A stretch of DNA of 64,000 bases, from positions 800,001 through 864,000 of the forward strand of contig OZ242274.1 in the NCBI GenBank assembly GCA_965207375.1, read 5' to 3'. The notes under the pieces are model-generated. The model was given only the letters and a program-made list of their open reading frames with translations, was not told where the DNA came from and made no database searches. This DNA comes from Nitrosopumilaceae archaeon (GTDB taxonomy: Archaea; Thermoproteota; Nitrososphaeria; Nitrososphaerales; Nitrosopumilaceae). Of this stretch, positions 9,532-20,010 are shown one piece after another. Numbering within the stretch: the stretch's first letter is position 1; every line of letters starts with the position of its first letter. The position numbers were made by a program, and so were the translations under genes.

Positions 9532-10152
9532 ATGAATATAATCAAGCGGGGGGCCGAAGCCGACATAATCTGCCTTGACTGGAATGGAATCTCTGCTATA
9601 TCCAAGATTAGAAAGCGCAAGGGCTACAGGCATCCGGATTTGGATGATAAAATCCGCAGGCAGCGCACCGTACACGAGTCGCAAATTATTTCAGAGGTAA
9701 AGGGTTTTGGAGTTTTGACTCCTCTGATATATCTTCTTGATACCAAAAGACACGAAATTATAATGCAAAATATTGTTGGAGAACTAGTACATGACCTGCC
9801 AGAATCGAAAATAATTTCTGTCTGTAAGGAGATAGGAAAAATTGTAGGTACCTTACACAAAAACGGAATTATGCACGGTGATTTAACCACCTCTAATTTC
9901 ATTTATTCAAAAAACAAAATATTTACAATTGACTTTGGGCTTGCAGTAAAAACTACCAAACCAGAAGATCATGCAGTCGATTTGCGACTGTTAAAGGAAA
10001 TTCTCAATAGTGCACATGCAAAAATTATGAGTGAGTCTTGGAAAAATTTTCTTGTTGGATATAAAAGGACGGTAGGAACAAAACGTTTCTCAGAGATTCT
10101 TAAACTAGTGGCCATAATTGAGAGCAGGGGCAGGTACGCCACAGTTGTCTAG
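9532..10152 (+). CDS. bud32: KEOPS kinase Bud32
   Basis: GAEA, HGDLTTSN, IDFGL, DHAVDL motifs. Confidence 0.95.
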   Translation: MNIIKRGAEADIICLDWNGISAISKIRKRKGYRHPDLDDKIRRQRTVHESQIISEVKGFGVLTPLIYLLDTKRHEIIMQNIVGELVHDLPESKIISVCKEIGKIVGTLHKNGIMHGDLTTSNFIYSKNKIFTIDFGLAVKTTKPEDHAVDLRLLKEILNSAHAKIMSESWKNFLVGYKRTVGTKRFSEILKLVAIIESRGRYATVV

Positions 10153-10684
10153 GGTATACTTTGCATCCTCGAATCTACACAAGTTCGATGAGGCTAGATC
10201 GATTTTGGCATCTAGTGGAATAGATTTGGAATTTTTCAGATGCAGTCTAGAAGAGATTCAGTCAGACAGTCTCAAAGACATTGCGTCTCACAAAGCTAGG
10301 GGTGCGTTTAAACTGTGTAAAAAGCCAGTAATTGTGGAGGATGCAGGATTGCAGATATTTTCCCTAAACAAATTTCCAGGACCCTATTCTTCATACGTCT
10401 TTGAAACTATTGGCAACCGAGGAATTCTCAATCTTGTGGGACGTAACAGAAGGGCAACATTTGAATCAGTTACTGTATATTGTGACAGGCAGCAGCTGCT
10501 TTCTTTTACTGCAACAGTGCATGGAAAATTATCCAAAACAGTACAAGGCCGAGGCTGGGGATTTGATCCGATTTTTGTACCAAATACAAAAAATCAAACC
10601 TTTGCAAATCTCAAAGATAAAAATTCCGTATCCCACAGATACAAGGCATTGAACAAATTTTCTAAGTGGTTTCTAAATAGGTAG
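10145..10684 (+). CDS. rdgB: Non-canonical purine NTP pyrophosphatase (RdgB/HAM1); start uncertain
   Basis: FASSNLHK, EDAGL, FPGPYS, GWGFDPIF, SHR motifs. Confidence 0.9.
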   Translation: MSRVYFASSNLHKFDEARSILASSGIDLEFFRCSLEEIQSDSLKDIASHKARGAFKLCKKPVIVEDAGLQIFSLNKFPGPYSSYVFETIGNRGILNLVGRNRRATFESVTVYCDRQQLLSFTATVHGKLSKTVQGRGWGFDPIFVPNTKNQTFANLKDKNSVSHRYKALNKFSKWFLNR

Positions 10685-11690
10685 GAATCTGTCTGTCTAC
10701 GAATCTTTGGCGGTTTTGCAAGACGACAATTCTTGAAACTTGACTTTTATCCATAACTGAAAATATTCTGCTTTGTTTTGCCAATTCGTATGAAAACTCT
10801 TCAACTTCATGCATTTCCAACATGTTGTCTCGCTGTAGCCGGTTAGTTGATCTGCCTATGTGCATGTATGATTTTATTTCAATAAAGTTTGCACTTGCCT
10901 TTTGTAACATTTTTGCAAATGCGGGAATCATCTGCTTGCTTGTGTTATAACCTCTGATCAGCGTGATTCTAATTACAGTTCGTGTATCTAGTTCTTTTAA
11001 CATGGCAAGTGTCTGATTCCACCGCTTCCACGAATCCTCATATCTTGGATGATTAATTTTGATAAAAGAATCATAGTCTGCTGCATTTGTTGACAGATAC
11101 AGCTGGGTGGGTAGTGCATCCTCTTCTTGCAGTCTTTTAATCATGTCTGGTTCTTGACCGTTTGTTACAAGAAAAATTGATTTTGTATCTTTTAGGTCTC
11201 TTAGATATTTTATCAGGTCAGGTAATTTTGGATACATTGTAGGTTCTCCAGACAATGAAATTGCATAATGGGTAGGATACAGTGACTCGTCTAGTTTTTT
11301 GACATCCTTTGTCGAATCTCCATAGTGTCCCATGATCAGTTTTTTGCGTTCCTGCATTAAATTATCCATAATTTGTTTTGGTTCTGCAACCCTTTGAGGT
11401 TCCATTTTTAACGAATCATAAAATTCCATAGGTCTCCAACAATACACACATCGATTTTCACAATGCATTCCGGCAGGAGAAAATTCCATACATCTATGAG
11501 TTAAAATTCCATAAAACTTGTGCTTGTAACAGTCTCCCTCATTGCTAAATGACTTTTTTGTCCAGTGGCAAAGCTCAACCGTTGAGTGATCTGATACTCC
11601 ATATTTTGCCTTTTTTAGCTGTTGTAATGTACCTGGCCTGATCTGAATTAACTGTTCATCTTGCTCATATGTCTCTCCGGAGCAACTCAT
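10662..11690 (-). CDS. taw1: 4-demethylwyosine synthase Taw1/Tyw1 (radical SAM)
   Basis: CHWTK, CYKHKFYGI, CENRCVYCWR, SLSGEPT motifs. Confidence 0.93.
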   Translation of the reverse strand: MSCSGETYEQDEQLIQIRPGTLQQLKKAKYGVSDHSTVELCHWTKKSFSNEGDCYKHKFYGILTHRCMEFSPAGMHCENRCVYCWRPMEFYDSLKMEPQRVAEPKQIMDNLMQERKKLIMGHYGDSTKDVKKLDESLYPTHYAISLSGEPTMYPKLPDLIKYLRDLKDTKSIFLVTNGQEPDMIKRLQEEDALPTQLYLSTNAADYDSFIKINHPRYEDSWKRWNQTLAMLKELDTRTVIRITLIRGYNTSKQMIPAFAKMLQKASANFIEIKSYMHIGRSTNRLQRDNMLEMHEVEEFSYELAKQSRIFSVMDKSQVSRIVVLQNRQRFVDRQIPTYLETT

Positions 11691-11869
11691 TGAAGCAACT
11701 CGTGTTTTGGTTTACTTAAAGCTAGTCTAGAAATTTGTGCCAGAATCTAAATACCCCGCCTAAGATGCCAAATTTCTACGTAGGATTCAAAAATTGGACA
11801 CATATTTAGGAACGACTCGTCAAATTTTTGTACATTCAGATTCGGATATCTTTATCAATTTTGTACAAT

Positions 11870-11896
11870 TTTAACGCGAGGTTTAATAACGTCTTG
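11870..11896 (+). promoter_or_regulatory. Promoter element shared by TSP3 genes (copy 1)
   Basis: TTTAACGCGAGGTTTAATAACGTCTTG identical to 14825-14851; contains a TTTAATA TATA box. Confidence 0.7.
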
Positions 11897-11917
11897 ATAA
11901 TACACGATTCGGGGAGA

Positions 11918-14368
11918 ATGAATAAGCTTCACACTTTGGGATTTTTACTTCTTCTAGTATCTACTCTAGGATCTATTCCAATCGCCAATGTTTATGCAGA
12001 TGCAACCGATTTAGACGGCGATGGGGTTCCTGACGACATTGACAAATGCCCAAATCTGCTTGAAGACTATGATCCAGAATTTGGTGGCGTAGTCGATGGC
12101 TGCCCTGCAGACTTTGTTCCATGGTATGATGAGGATTTTGATGGAATTCAAGACCATATTGATCTTTGTCCTGATTTAAAAGAATTTTACAATAATTTCC
12201 AAGATGAAGATGGCTGTCCTGATAATGCACCGTTTGCAGGCAAAGGTGGTCAGCCCGATTCTGACAATGATGGCTTTATTGATGTGTATGATCGGTGTCC
12301 TACACAACCTGAAACCTTTAACGGGGTTTTAGATCTTGACGGCTGCCCTGATGATGTCTCCTCCACACACGATACTGACAGAGATGGAATTCCAAACAAT
12401 GAAGACGATTGTCCAATAAGTGCAGAAATTTATAATAAATTTGAAGATACTGACGGCTGCCCTGACAGCATCGGTTCAGACTTTATGGATGCAGACAATG
12501 ACAGCATAGAAGACAGATTTGATCTGTGTCAGACCGAACCTGAAACCTTTAACGGTTATTTTGACGACGACGGTTGTCCGGATATGGTCTCAGATGCCAA
12601 TCTGTTAGACTCTGACAAGGATGGCATTGCAGACAAGTTTGACATATGTCCAGACAATGCTGAAACTTACAACAGGTTTGCAGACTTTGACGGATGTCCT
12701 GACTCTTTACCAAATTTTGCAGCAGTACAAGATGATTCAGATGGTGACGGAATAGTCAATGTAGATGATGCATGTCCGATTGCACCTGAAAGATACAATG
12801 GATTCGAAGACGACGACGGCTGCCCCGATATTCCTCCATATTCTATAGACAGGGATTCTGATCAGGATGGTCTTTTAGACAGCATAGACAAATGCCCGCA
12901 AGCAAGGGAAATTTATAATAATTTTGAAGACGACGACGGTTGTCCAGATTATGTCGGTAGCACAGGATTGATGCCTGACTCTGATGGCGACGGCATAAGC
13001 GACTTTGATGATCTTTGCCCAAACCAACCTGAAACACTAAACGGCATGTTTGATACAGATGGTTGCCCTGACAGCGAGTCTACTGCCGACTCTGATGGCG
13101 ACGGTATTCCTGACTCTTTAGATCAATGTCCGATTGCACGTGAGACTCACAATCGTATTCAAGATACAGATGGATGTCCTGACGATAGTGGCGTTTTAGG
13201 AATGTCAGACTCTGATGGTGACAATATTGCTGACCTGCATGATTCTTGTCCATTAAGTGCAGAAACTATCAATGGATATCTTGATACTGACGGCTGCCCC
13301 GATGTTTCCATAGTTGACGGAGATGGCGACGGCATTCCTGACGGATTTGACAAATGTCCTGCAGAGGCAGAGACTTGGAATTATTATGCAGATCATGACG
13401 GTTGTCCTGATGACCCCACCGTAATGGATGCTGATAGAGATAATATTTCAGACGATGTTGATCAATGTCTTACAGAACCTGAAAGATACAATGGATTCGA
13501 AGACGACGACGGCTGCCCCGATATTCCTCCATATCTTACAGAAAAAGATACCGATAAAGACGGCATATCAGACAGTGCAGACAAATGTCCACTGATTGCC
13601 GAAATTTACAACAAATATCAAGATACCGATGGTTGTCCAGATTATGTAGGTGACAGCAGTACATTGCCAGATACTGACGGTGATGGAATAAACGACTTTG
13701 ATGATAGTTGTCCAAATCAACCTGAAACACTAAACGGCGTTTTAGATCAAGACGGCTGTCCAGATGATTATGCTGTTTTGGCAGACGCAGACGGCGACGG
13801 CATTGCCGATATAGTTGATCAATGCAGACTGTCTCCTGAAACTTATAACAGATATCAGGACACAGATGGCTGTCCTGACAGCATTTTAGAATCAAACATT
13901 GTAGACTCTGATAATGACGGCATTGGAGATGTCAAAGATGACTGTCCATTAGAGGCCGAGACGTATAACGGAATCAACGATGTAGACGGTTGTCCGGATG
14001 CACAAACAATCCTGCCAGATACTGACGGTGACAAGGTTCCTGATGTGATGGATGTGTGTCCCGATAAAATGGAAACATGGAACAGATATTATGATCATGA
14101 CGGCTGTCCAGATGTCGTACCTCAATTCCCAGACAAGATAGATACTGACGGTGACGGATATCTAGATGCAGCAGATCAATGTCCGACCGAAAAAGAATCA
14201 TGGAACAAGTTTGAGGATAACGACGGCTGTCCAGACATCATACCTGAACAGTCAAGATACAAACATGACTTGGATCTAGATGGCATCATCAATGATAGCG
14301 ATATGTGTCCGGAGGAAGCCGAAGATTATGATGGCGATCGTGACACAGACGGCTGTCCAGATATCTGA
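11918..14368 (+). CDS. Secreted TSP3-repeat Ca-binding protein (about 20 repeat units)
   Basis: Signal peptide MNKLHTLGFLLLLV...; remainder is DxDxDG/CP/DGCPD repeats; start set at 11918 by homology with 14872. Confidence 0.92.
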   Translation: MNKLHTLGFLLLLVSTLGSIPIANVYADATDLDGDGVPDDIDKCPNLLEDYDPEFGGVVDGCPADFVPWYDEDFDGIQDHIDLCPDLKEFYNNFQDEDGCPDNAPFAGKGGQPDSDNDGFIDVYDRCPTQPETFNGVLDLDGCPDDVSSTHDTDRDGIPNNEDDCPISAEIYNKFEDTDGCPDSIGSDFMDADNDSIEDRFDLCQTEPETFNGYFDDDGCPDMVSDANLLDSDKDGIADKFDICPDNAETYNRFADFDGCPDSLPNFAAVQDDSDGDGIVNVDDACPIAPERYNGFEDDDGCPDIPPYSIDRDSDQDGLLDSIDKCPQAREIYNNFEDDDGCPDYVGSTGLMPDSDGDGISDFDDLCPNQPETLNGMFDTDGCPDSESTADSDGDGIPDSLDQCPIARETHNRIQDTDGCPDDSGVLGMSDSDGDNIADLHDSCPLSAETINGYLDTDGCPDVSIVDGDGDGIPDGFDKCPAEAETWNYYADHDGCPDDPTVMDADRDNISDDVDQCLTEPERYNGFEDDDGCPDIPPYLTEKDTDKDGISDSADKCPLIAEIYNKYQDTDGCPDYVGDSSTLPDTDGDGINDFDDSCPNQPETLNGVLDQDGCPDDYAVLADADGDGIADIVDQCRLSPETYNRYQDTDGCPDSILESNIVDSDNDGIGDVKDDCPLEAETYNGINDVDGCPDAQTILPDTDGDKVPDVMDVCPDKMETWNRYYDHDGCPDVVPQFPDKIDTDGDGYLDAADQCPTEKESWNKFEDNDGCPDIIPEQSRYKHDLDLDGIINDSDMCPEEAEDYDGDRDTDGCPDI

Positions 14369-14824
14369 TCTGCAAGTTCCATTCGTTAATTTGTTTAAAA
14401 ATGAGCTACTATTTTGGTACAAGCTCAGATCCCCAATTGCAACAAGCACAAAATAAATAATCGATTTATTGGATTAGGCGTGAATTTGAGCGGGATCTAA
14501 AGTTATGCCGATCCTGTAAATCAATATGATGAACTGATCTGGCCCACACAACATACTTGCAAAGATGGTTCTGTCTGGCTTGTTTTGTGTCTTGTTTACA
14601 AACTCATTACCATCTAGCATCCATTATGGATACTTGAAATGATCTTTTTGTGAAACGTCTAGACTGACAAAATATGACTCCATCGATGCCCTCAATTTTA
14701 CGGCTTTGTGTTTTGATTGCATTGTTTTTTAGAGAGTGGAAATCCTATAGAATTAGATCTTGTAGAACCGGAATCATCACTATTATCTAATTTCCTTGAT
14801 CGGGACACATATGATTACGCATAA

Positions 14825-14851
14825 TTTAACGCGAGGTTTAATAACGTCTTG
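14825..14851 (+). promoter_or_regulatory. Promoter element shared by TSP3 genes (copy 2)
   Basis: 27-bp identity with 11870-11896 at nearly the same distance from the ATG. Confidence 0.7.
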
Positions 14852-14871
14852 GTATACTCGTTTGTGGGAGA

Positions 14872-17037
14872 ATGAACAAACTTCACACTCTAGGATTTCT
14901 ATTTTTGCTATTTTCTATATCTGGACTAATGCCAGGATTGGCAGATGCTGCCCAAATAAATGACAATGACGGAGACGGCGTGCCCAATGACCGAGATGAA
15001 TGTCCCAATCTGCTTGAAGATTATGATCCCCAATATGGTAACAATTTAGACGGCTGTCCTGCAGACTTTGTACCTTGGTATGATACCGATTATGATGGAA
15101 TACAGGATCATATTGATTTGTGTCCAACAGTTAGGGAAAATTACAACCAGTATCAGGATGAGGACGGATGTGTTGACACTGCACCTTACACAGACAAGGA
15201 ACTGCCAGATACTGACGGTGACGGCTTTATTGACAATTTGGACTCGTGTCCTACACAGCCTGAAACATTTAACGGCCTCGACGACAAAGACGGATGTCCT
15301 GATAAAGCAAGCGCAATAGATTCTGATCAGGATGGTTTTTCAGATGCAAATGATGCATGTCCTACTGTACAAGAAACCTATAACAAATTTCTTGATGATG
15401 ATGGATGTCCTGACTCTGTAGATACGTCCTTCAACCTGTACCAGTTCCCAGATACTGACGGTGACGGAATCCAGGACAGATGGGACAGCTGCATCAACGA
15501 GGCTGAGAACTTTAATAATTATCTAGATTGGGATGGATGTCCAGATGTTGCAGGCTATGATGCAGGTCAGGCACCAGATTCAGATTATGACGGCATACCA
15601 GATGCAGAGGACATGTGTCCAGATGATCGTGAAAACTATAACAAATTCCAAGATGATGACGGCTGTCCTGACACTGTAGAATTATTAACAAATGGTGATT
15701 TGGACAATGACGGTATTTTAGATAATAATGATTCGTGTCCATTTGCTCCTGAAACTTATAACAAATTCCAAGATGCAGACGGTTGTCCTGACCTGATAGC
15801 AGATAACAAATATTCAACAGATACTGACGGTGACGGAATCCAGGACCGCATTGATTTGTGTCCTACCCAGCCTGAAACATTTAACGGCCTACAAGACACA
15901 GATGGATGTCCTGACAAAAACCTACCAGTTTCAGATTCAGATAATGATGGCATCTTAGACGTAGATGATGCATGTCCTACTGTACCAGAAAACTATAACA
16001 AATTCCAAGACACAGATGGCTGTCCTGATACATCAGTTGGAGAGTCATCGGCATACCAGTTCCCAGATACTGACGGTGACGGAATCCAGGACAGATGGGA
16101 CAGCTGCATCAACGAGGCTGAGAACTTTAATAATTATCTAGATTGGGATGGATGTCCAGATGTTGCAGGCTATGATGCAGGTCAGGCACCAGATTCAGAT
16201 TATGACGGCATACCAGATGCAGAGGACATGTGTCCAAATCTTGCTGAAAGGTACAACAAATTCCAGGATGCAGACGGTTGTCCTGACTCTGTAAATTCGA
16301 TATTTGTAGGAGATACTGACGGTGACGGAATTTTGGATGATGCAGATCAGTGTCCTCTGAATCCTGAAACTTATAACAAATTCCAAGATGCAGACGGTTG
16401 TCCTGACCTGATAGCAGATAACAAATATTCAACAGATACTGACGGTGACGGAATCCAGGACCGCATTGATTTGTGTCCTACCCAGCCTGAAACATTTAAC
16501 GGCCTACAAGACACAGATGGATGTCCTGACAAAAACCTACCAGTTTCAGATTCAGATAATGATGGCATCTTAGACGTAGATGATGCATGTCCTACTGTAC
16601 CAGAAAACTATAACAAATTCCAGGATGCAGACGGTTGTCCTGACTCTGTAGATACATTCTTCAACATGTACCAGTTCCCAGATGCAGACGGTGACAAAAT
16701 ACCTGACATACGGGACAGCTGCATCAACGAGGCTGAGAACTTTAATAATTATCTAGATTGGGATGGCTGTCCTGATGTAATTCCTGTAGGAGCCAGCACG
16801 GTCATACAATCAGATTCAGATAATGATGGCATTGCTGACGAAGTAGATTCATGTCCAAACAGTCCAGAAACATGGAACAAATACAACGACGCAGATGGCT
16901 GTCCTGACATATTTCCAGAGCAATCACGATTCATACACGACAATGATCTAGATGGTATCATCAATGAGGATGACATGTGCCCAGACGTTGCAGAGGATTA
17001 TGACGGCATCGATGACGCAGACGGCTGCCCAGAATAG
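14872..17037 (+). CDS. Secreted TSP3-repeat Ca-binding protein (about 17 repeat units)
   Basis: Signal peptide plus TSP3 repeats; internal 615-bp duplication. Confidence 0.92.
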   Translation: MNKLHTLGFLFLLFSISGLMPGLADAAQINDNDGDGVPNDRDECPNLLEDYDPQYGNNLDGCPADFVPWYDTDYDGIQDHIDLCPTVRENYNQYQDEDGCVDTAPYTDKELPDTDGDGFIDNLDSCPTQPETFNGLDDKDGCPDKASAIDSDQDGFSDANDACPTVQETYNKFLDDDGCPDSVDTSFNLYQFPDTDGDGIQDRWDSCINEAENFNNYLDWDGCPDVAGYDAGQAPDSDYDGIPDAEDMCPDDRENYNKFQDDDGCPDTVELLTNGDLDNDGILDNNDSCPFAPETYNKFQDADGCPDLIADNKYSTDTDGDGIQDRIDLCPTQPETFNGLQDTDGCPDKNLPVSDSDNDGILDVDDACPTVPENYNKFQDTDGCPDTSVGESSAYQFPDTDGDGIQDRWDSCINEAENFNNYLDWDGCPDVAGYDAGQAPDSDYDGIPDAEDMCPNLAERYNKFQDADGCPDSVNSIFVGDTDGDGILDDADQCPLNPETYNKFQDADGCPDLIADNKYSTDTDGDGIQDRIDLCPTQPETFNGLQDTDGCPDKNLPVSDSDNDGILDVDDACPTVPENYNKFQDADGCPDSVDTFFNMYQFPDADGDKIPDIRDSCINEAENFNNYLDWDGCPDVIPVGASTVIQSDSDNDGIADEVDSCPNSPETWNKYNDADGCPDIFPEQSRFIHDNDLDGIINEDDMCPDVAEDYDGIDDADGCPE
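15439..16622 (+). repeat. Intragenic direct duplication with 615-bp period
   Basis: 15439-15621 matches 16054-16236 and 15747-16007 matches 16362-16622; antisense shadow ORFs also recur with a 615 offset. Confidence 0.9.
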
Positions 17038-17083
17038 ACATACTGAAAACCTCTTTAACCGTCTTTTTCAAATTTGATTTACG

Positions 17084-18052
17084 TTGAGCAAACTTCCAAC
17101 ATTTTCTAGCAAGGCATTTTTGGCACCCATGGCAGGTGTCAGTGATCCTGCATTAAGACTAGTCTGTAAAAAACGCGGTGCAGGATTAGTTGTCACCGAA
17201 TTTACAAGCATTCACAGTATTGTGGCAAAACAAAGGGAACTTGCATCAGAGGACTCTGACATTACTGATTTTCTTCAATTCTCCAAGCGAGAACGCCCAC
17301 TCTCGGTCCAGCTGTTTGGCTCAGATCTGAACGCATTATCAAAAGCTGCAACCATTGTAGAGCCTCACTTTGACATAATTGATTATAATATGGGATGCCC
17401 CGCACCGCACATTACACAGCAAATGGCAGGCGGAGCATTACTTGCAGAGTCAAATCTTACAAGACGCATCTTTAGAACCTTAGTTGAGGCAGTTGATAAA
17501 CCAGTTACACTGAAAATGAGGGCAGGCGTTACTGATGCTAGCAAACACTTGTTTTTAGATATTGCAAAAATTGCAGAGGAAGAAGGAATTCAAATGATAA
17601 CACTGCATCCTAGGACCGTAAAACAGGGATATTCTGGAGTGGCAGATTGGTCATTAATTGAAGAGCTAAAGTCTGTATCCAGTATACCAATTGTTGGCAA
17701 CGGCGATATTGATTCTCCTCAAAAGGCAAAAGACATGCTAGAAAATACGGGATGTGATTATGTCATGGTAGGCAGGGGCGCAATGGGAAATCCGTTGATT
17801 TTTGAACAGATCAATGATCTTCTAAATACGGGAACGTATACTGATTATTCTATTGGCAAACGCCTAGAGGCGTTTTTTGAATATCTTACATATGCAAAAC
17901 AATACCGAATCAAGTTCTCAAAAATCAAAGGTCATGCGATGAATTTTACTAAAGGTGCAACCGGTGCATCCAAACTGCGTGCAAAAATAACACAGGCAAA
18001 ATCCATCAACGAACTGCAAGACATTATGAAAATACCAGTGCCAGCATTATGA
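17084..18052 (+). CDS. dus: tRNA-dihydrouridine synthase (DusB-like)
   Basis: LAPMAGVSD, VQLFG, NMGCP, VTLKMR, LHPRT, GNGDI, GRGAMGNP motifs. Confidence 0.9.
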   Translation: MSKLPTFSSKAFLAPMAGVSDPALRLVCKKRGAGLVVTEFTSIHSIVAKQRELASEDSDITDFLQFSKRERPLSVQLFGSDLNALSKAATIVEPHFDIIDYNMGCPAPHITQQMAGGALLAESNLTRRIFRTLVEAVDKPVTLKMRAGVTDASKHLFLDIAKIAEEEGIQMITLHPRTVKQGYSGVADWSLIEELKSVSSIPIVGNGDIDSPQKAKDMLENTGCDYVMVGRGAMGNPLIFEQINDLLNTGTYTDYSIGKRLEAFFEYLTYAKQYRIKFSKIKGHAMNFTKGATGASKLRAKITQAKSINELQDIMKIPVPAL

Positions 18053-18840
18053 AGACGCGTCTTTACGTCATTGCTATAATTGCTGCCTTTGTCCTGATTT
18101 TATCAAACGCATTTTATGGTCACGAGCTGTTTTCTGCAAATCATCCCGAAGATATCAGCAAATATTCCATCTATGTTCATTTGCAACCAGAATGGTCTAG
18201 CCATCCAAGCAATCTGCTCTTTGAGGTCACCAACGTATGGAACAACAAGAATGCATCTGAGACGATATACTATGATGAGTTATCTGAGATTCCAGCATTA
18301 GATGAGCACAATTACAACCAATTACAATACATTGGAAAAAAATCATTTGTTGAACTAAAACACAGATTTAGTGACTGTCACAGTAATTGGCAACCCATTT
18401 TGTACAGATATGCCATTGATTCTCTACAAAATCAATTTGCGATTATGGGCGGTGCTGCAATCGATGAACACCCTTATGCAATAATGTATACCAATGTTTC
18501 TTTGATCTCTGGATTGTACGATTATGCTACCGGATATGTTCAATTCATTCCAATCTGTACCTCTGAAGAGACTACCTCCTACAAATATAGTGTAAAAATT
18601 AATGATGCAGATGTTGCTTTTGATGTTTTTTTTGTAAACGACACTATTAGCTATACAAAATTCATTGAAAATCCCGACACAATTGATCATTTTTACACGC
18701 AGGGATGTTTTGGCCTATCGCGTACAAGCTTTAGTGGACAATGCCAAGACATTTCAAAGGATGCGGGTCTTTTGATATGGATTCCAGACGATCTTAATCT
18801 CTCCTTGACTAAAATCATTGTCAATCTGCGTGAGGTCTAG
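18049..18840 (+). CDS. Hypothetical exported or membrane-anchored protein
   Basis: N-terminal hydrophobic segment; ATGA overlap with the dus stop. Confidence 0.7.
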   Translation: MKTRLYVIAIIAAFVLILSNAFYGHELFSANHPEDISKYSIYVHLQPEWSSHPSNLLFEVTNVWNNKNASETIYYDELSEIPALDEHNYNQLQYIGKKSFVELKHRFSDCHSNWQPILYRYAIDSLQNQFAIMGGAAIDEHPYAIMYTNVSLISGLYDYATGYVQFIPICTSEETTSYKYSVKINDADVAFDVFFVNDTISYTKFIENPDTIDHFYTQGCFGLSRTSFSGQCQDISKDAGLLIWIPDDLNLSLTKIIVNLREV

Positions 18841-19851
18841 CTATTTTCCTATCCATCCCAGCCTTCTAAAGTAAATTATCATTAAAATGGCAGGTATTGC
18901 CGAAGCTAAAATTATCAAAATAAATGTCTGATATCCACCCAACTCTGTCTCATCGTCTGCACCTCCGGGTAAGCTTACATTCATTCCATAAAATGTTCCA
19001 ATTACTGTAGCAGGAATGGCTAGTGTAAAAATTATTGTCAATGCTGCTAGTACCTTGTTTGTCTTTTCTGTACTGAGCATAAAGTCAGTATCCTTGTAAA
19101 TTTCCATTGTTTCCCTTGATTCTTCTAATGATTCAATTACTTTGTTAATGTGGTCTATGACGTCATCAAAGTATAGTTCCAAATCTTCTTCAGTCTCTGA
19201 GAAATGCTTTATCTTTTCTCCTATTTCCAAAACAAATCGCTTTAGCGGATTTACAATCCTTCGTACCATGTTTATCTCCCTTCTTAAGATTGAAATGCTT
19301 CTTGCAGCAGATTTTGTTTCATCAAATACTCCATCTTCGATATCATCTAGATTTGCAATTATTCGGCGTGAGGTGTGAAGCAAATCATCCACTAGTACAT
19401 CGATAATCTCATGAAGCAGCACTCCTGGGGATTTTCCCAATAACCTCTCTTTTCTTTCTGGATCAACTTCGTTTTGACAGATATCTGCTATATCCACTAG
19501 GGGTTTTAGATCCCCCTGATGAATCGTAACTAGAAAATCCCTACCTACAAATATTGATAATTGACTGTATCTTTGCATTCTTTTTCTAGTCAATGGGGGA
19601 AAATGTAAAATTACAAAAAAGTGATTGTTATAGCTATCAAGCTTTGGCAATTCAAATTTTGTCATACAGTCTTCTATGTTTAATTCATTGAATTGATATT
19701 TGGCTGCAAGCTCTTCTACATCCTTTCTGTCTGGATTCTGTAAATTGATCCAGGAAAATTTAGAGCCTGAAATGTTTTCGATTTTTCTGTCGATTATGTA
19801 GTTTTCTGATTTTTTTCCAGAACGTAATCTGTCAGTAAAACTGCGTTTCAA
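18841..19851 (-). CDS. corA: CorA-family Mg/Co transporter
   Basis: YGMN signature and two C-terminal TM helices. Confidence 0.92.
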   Translation of the reverse strand: MKRSFTDRLRSGKKSENYIIDRKIENISGSKFSWINLQNPDRKDVEELAAKYQFNELNIEDCMTKFELPKLDSYNNHFFVILHFPPLTRKRMQRYSQLSIFVGRDFLVTIHQGDLKPLVDIADICQNEVDPERKERLLGKSPGVLLHEIIDVLVDDLLHTSRRIIANLDDIEDGVFDETKSAARSISILRREINMVRRIVNPLKRFVLEIGEKIKHFSETEEDLELYFDDVIDHINKVIESLEESRETMEIYKDTDFMLSTEKTNKVLAALTIIFTLAIPATVIGTFYGMNVSLPGGADDETELGGYQTFILIILASAIPAILMIIYFRRLGWIGK

Positions 19852-20010
19852 GTTGTCTGGTAGCTTTATACTACAAATTTAAAGCGATCGTTTTGATCAT
19901 GCCTAAATTTCCATATAAAAAATCCCTTGGTTGATATGTTGCATTATTTGGGGGAAATGCATTTGTAGATCTTAGGGTGTTGCAATGGCAGTATCTGGTA
20001 TTGAGTATAG

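Noticed and set aside
11728-11778. Inverted repeat TAGAAATTTG/CAAATTTCTA
   Set aside because: Short, AT-rich and single-copy; cannot be separated from chance
11828-11917. N-terminal extension of the TSP3 ORF given in the track
   Set aside because: It covers the conserved promoter; the paralog starts at the equivalent MNKLHTLGF
14525-14580. C/D box sRNA (ATGATGA)
   Set aside because: No properly spaced D', C' and D boxes found
11973-16976. Repeated antisense ORFs in the TSP3 genes
   Set aside because: By-products of the repetitive Asp-rich coding strand
452-17037. Diversity-generating retroelement (TR/VR pair) among the near-identical TSP3 3' ends
   Set aside because: Differences include C/T and C/A changes and are not adenine-specific; no reverse transcriptase in the window
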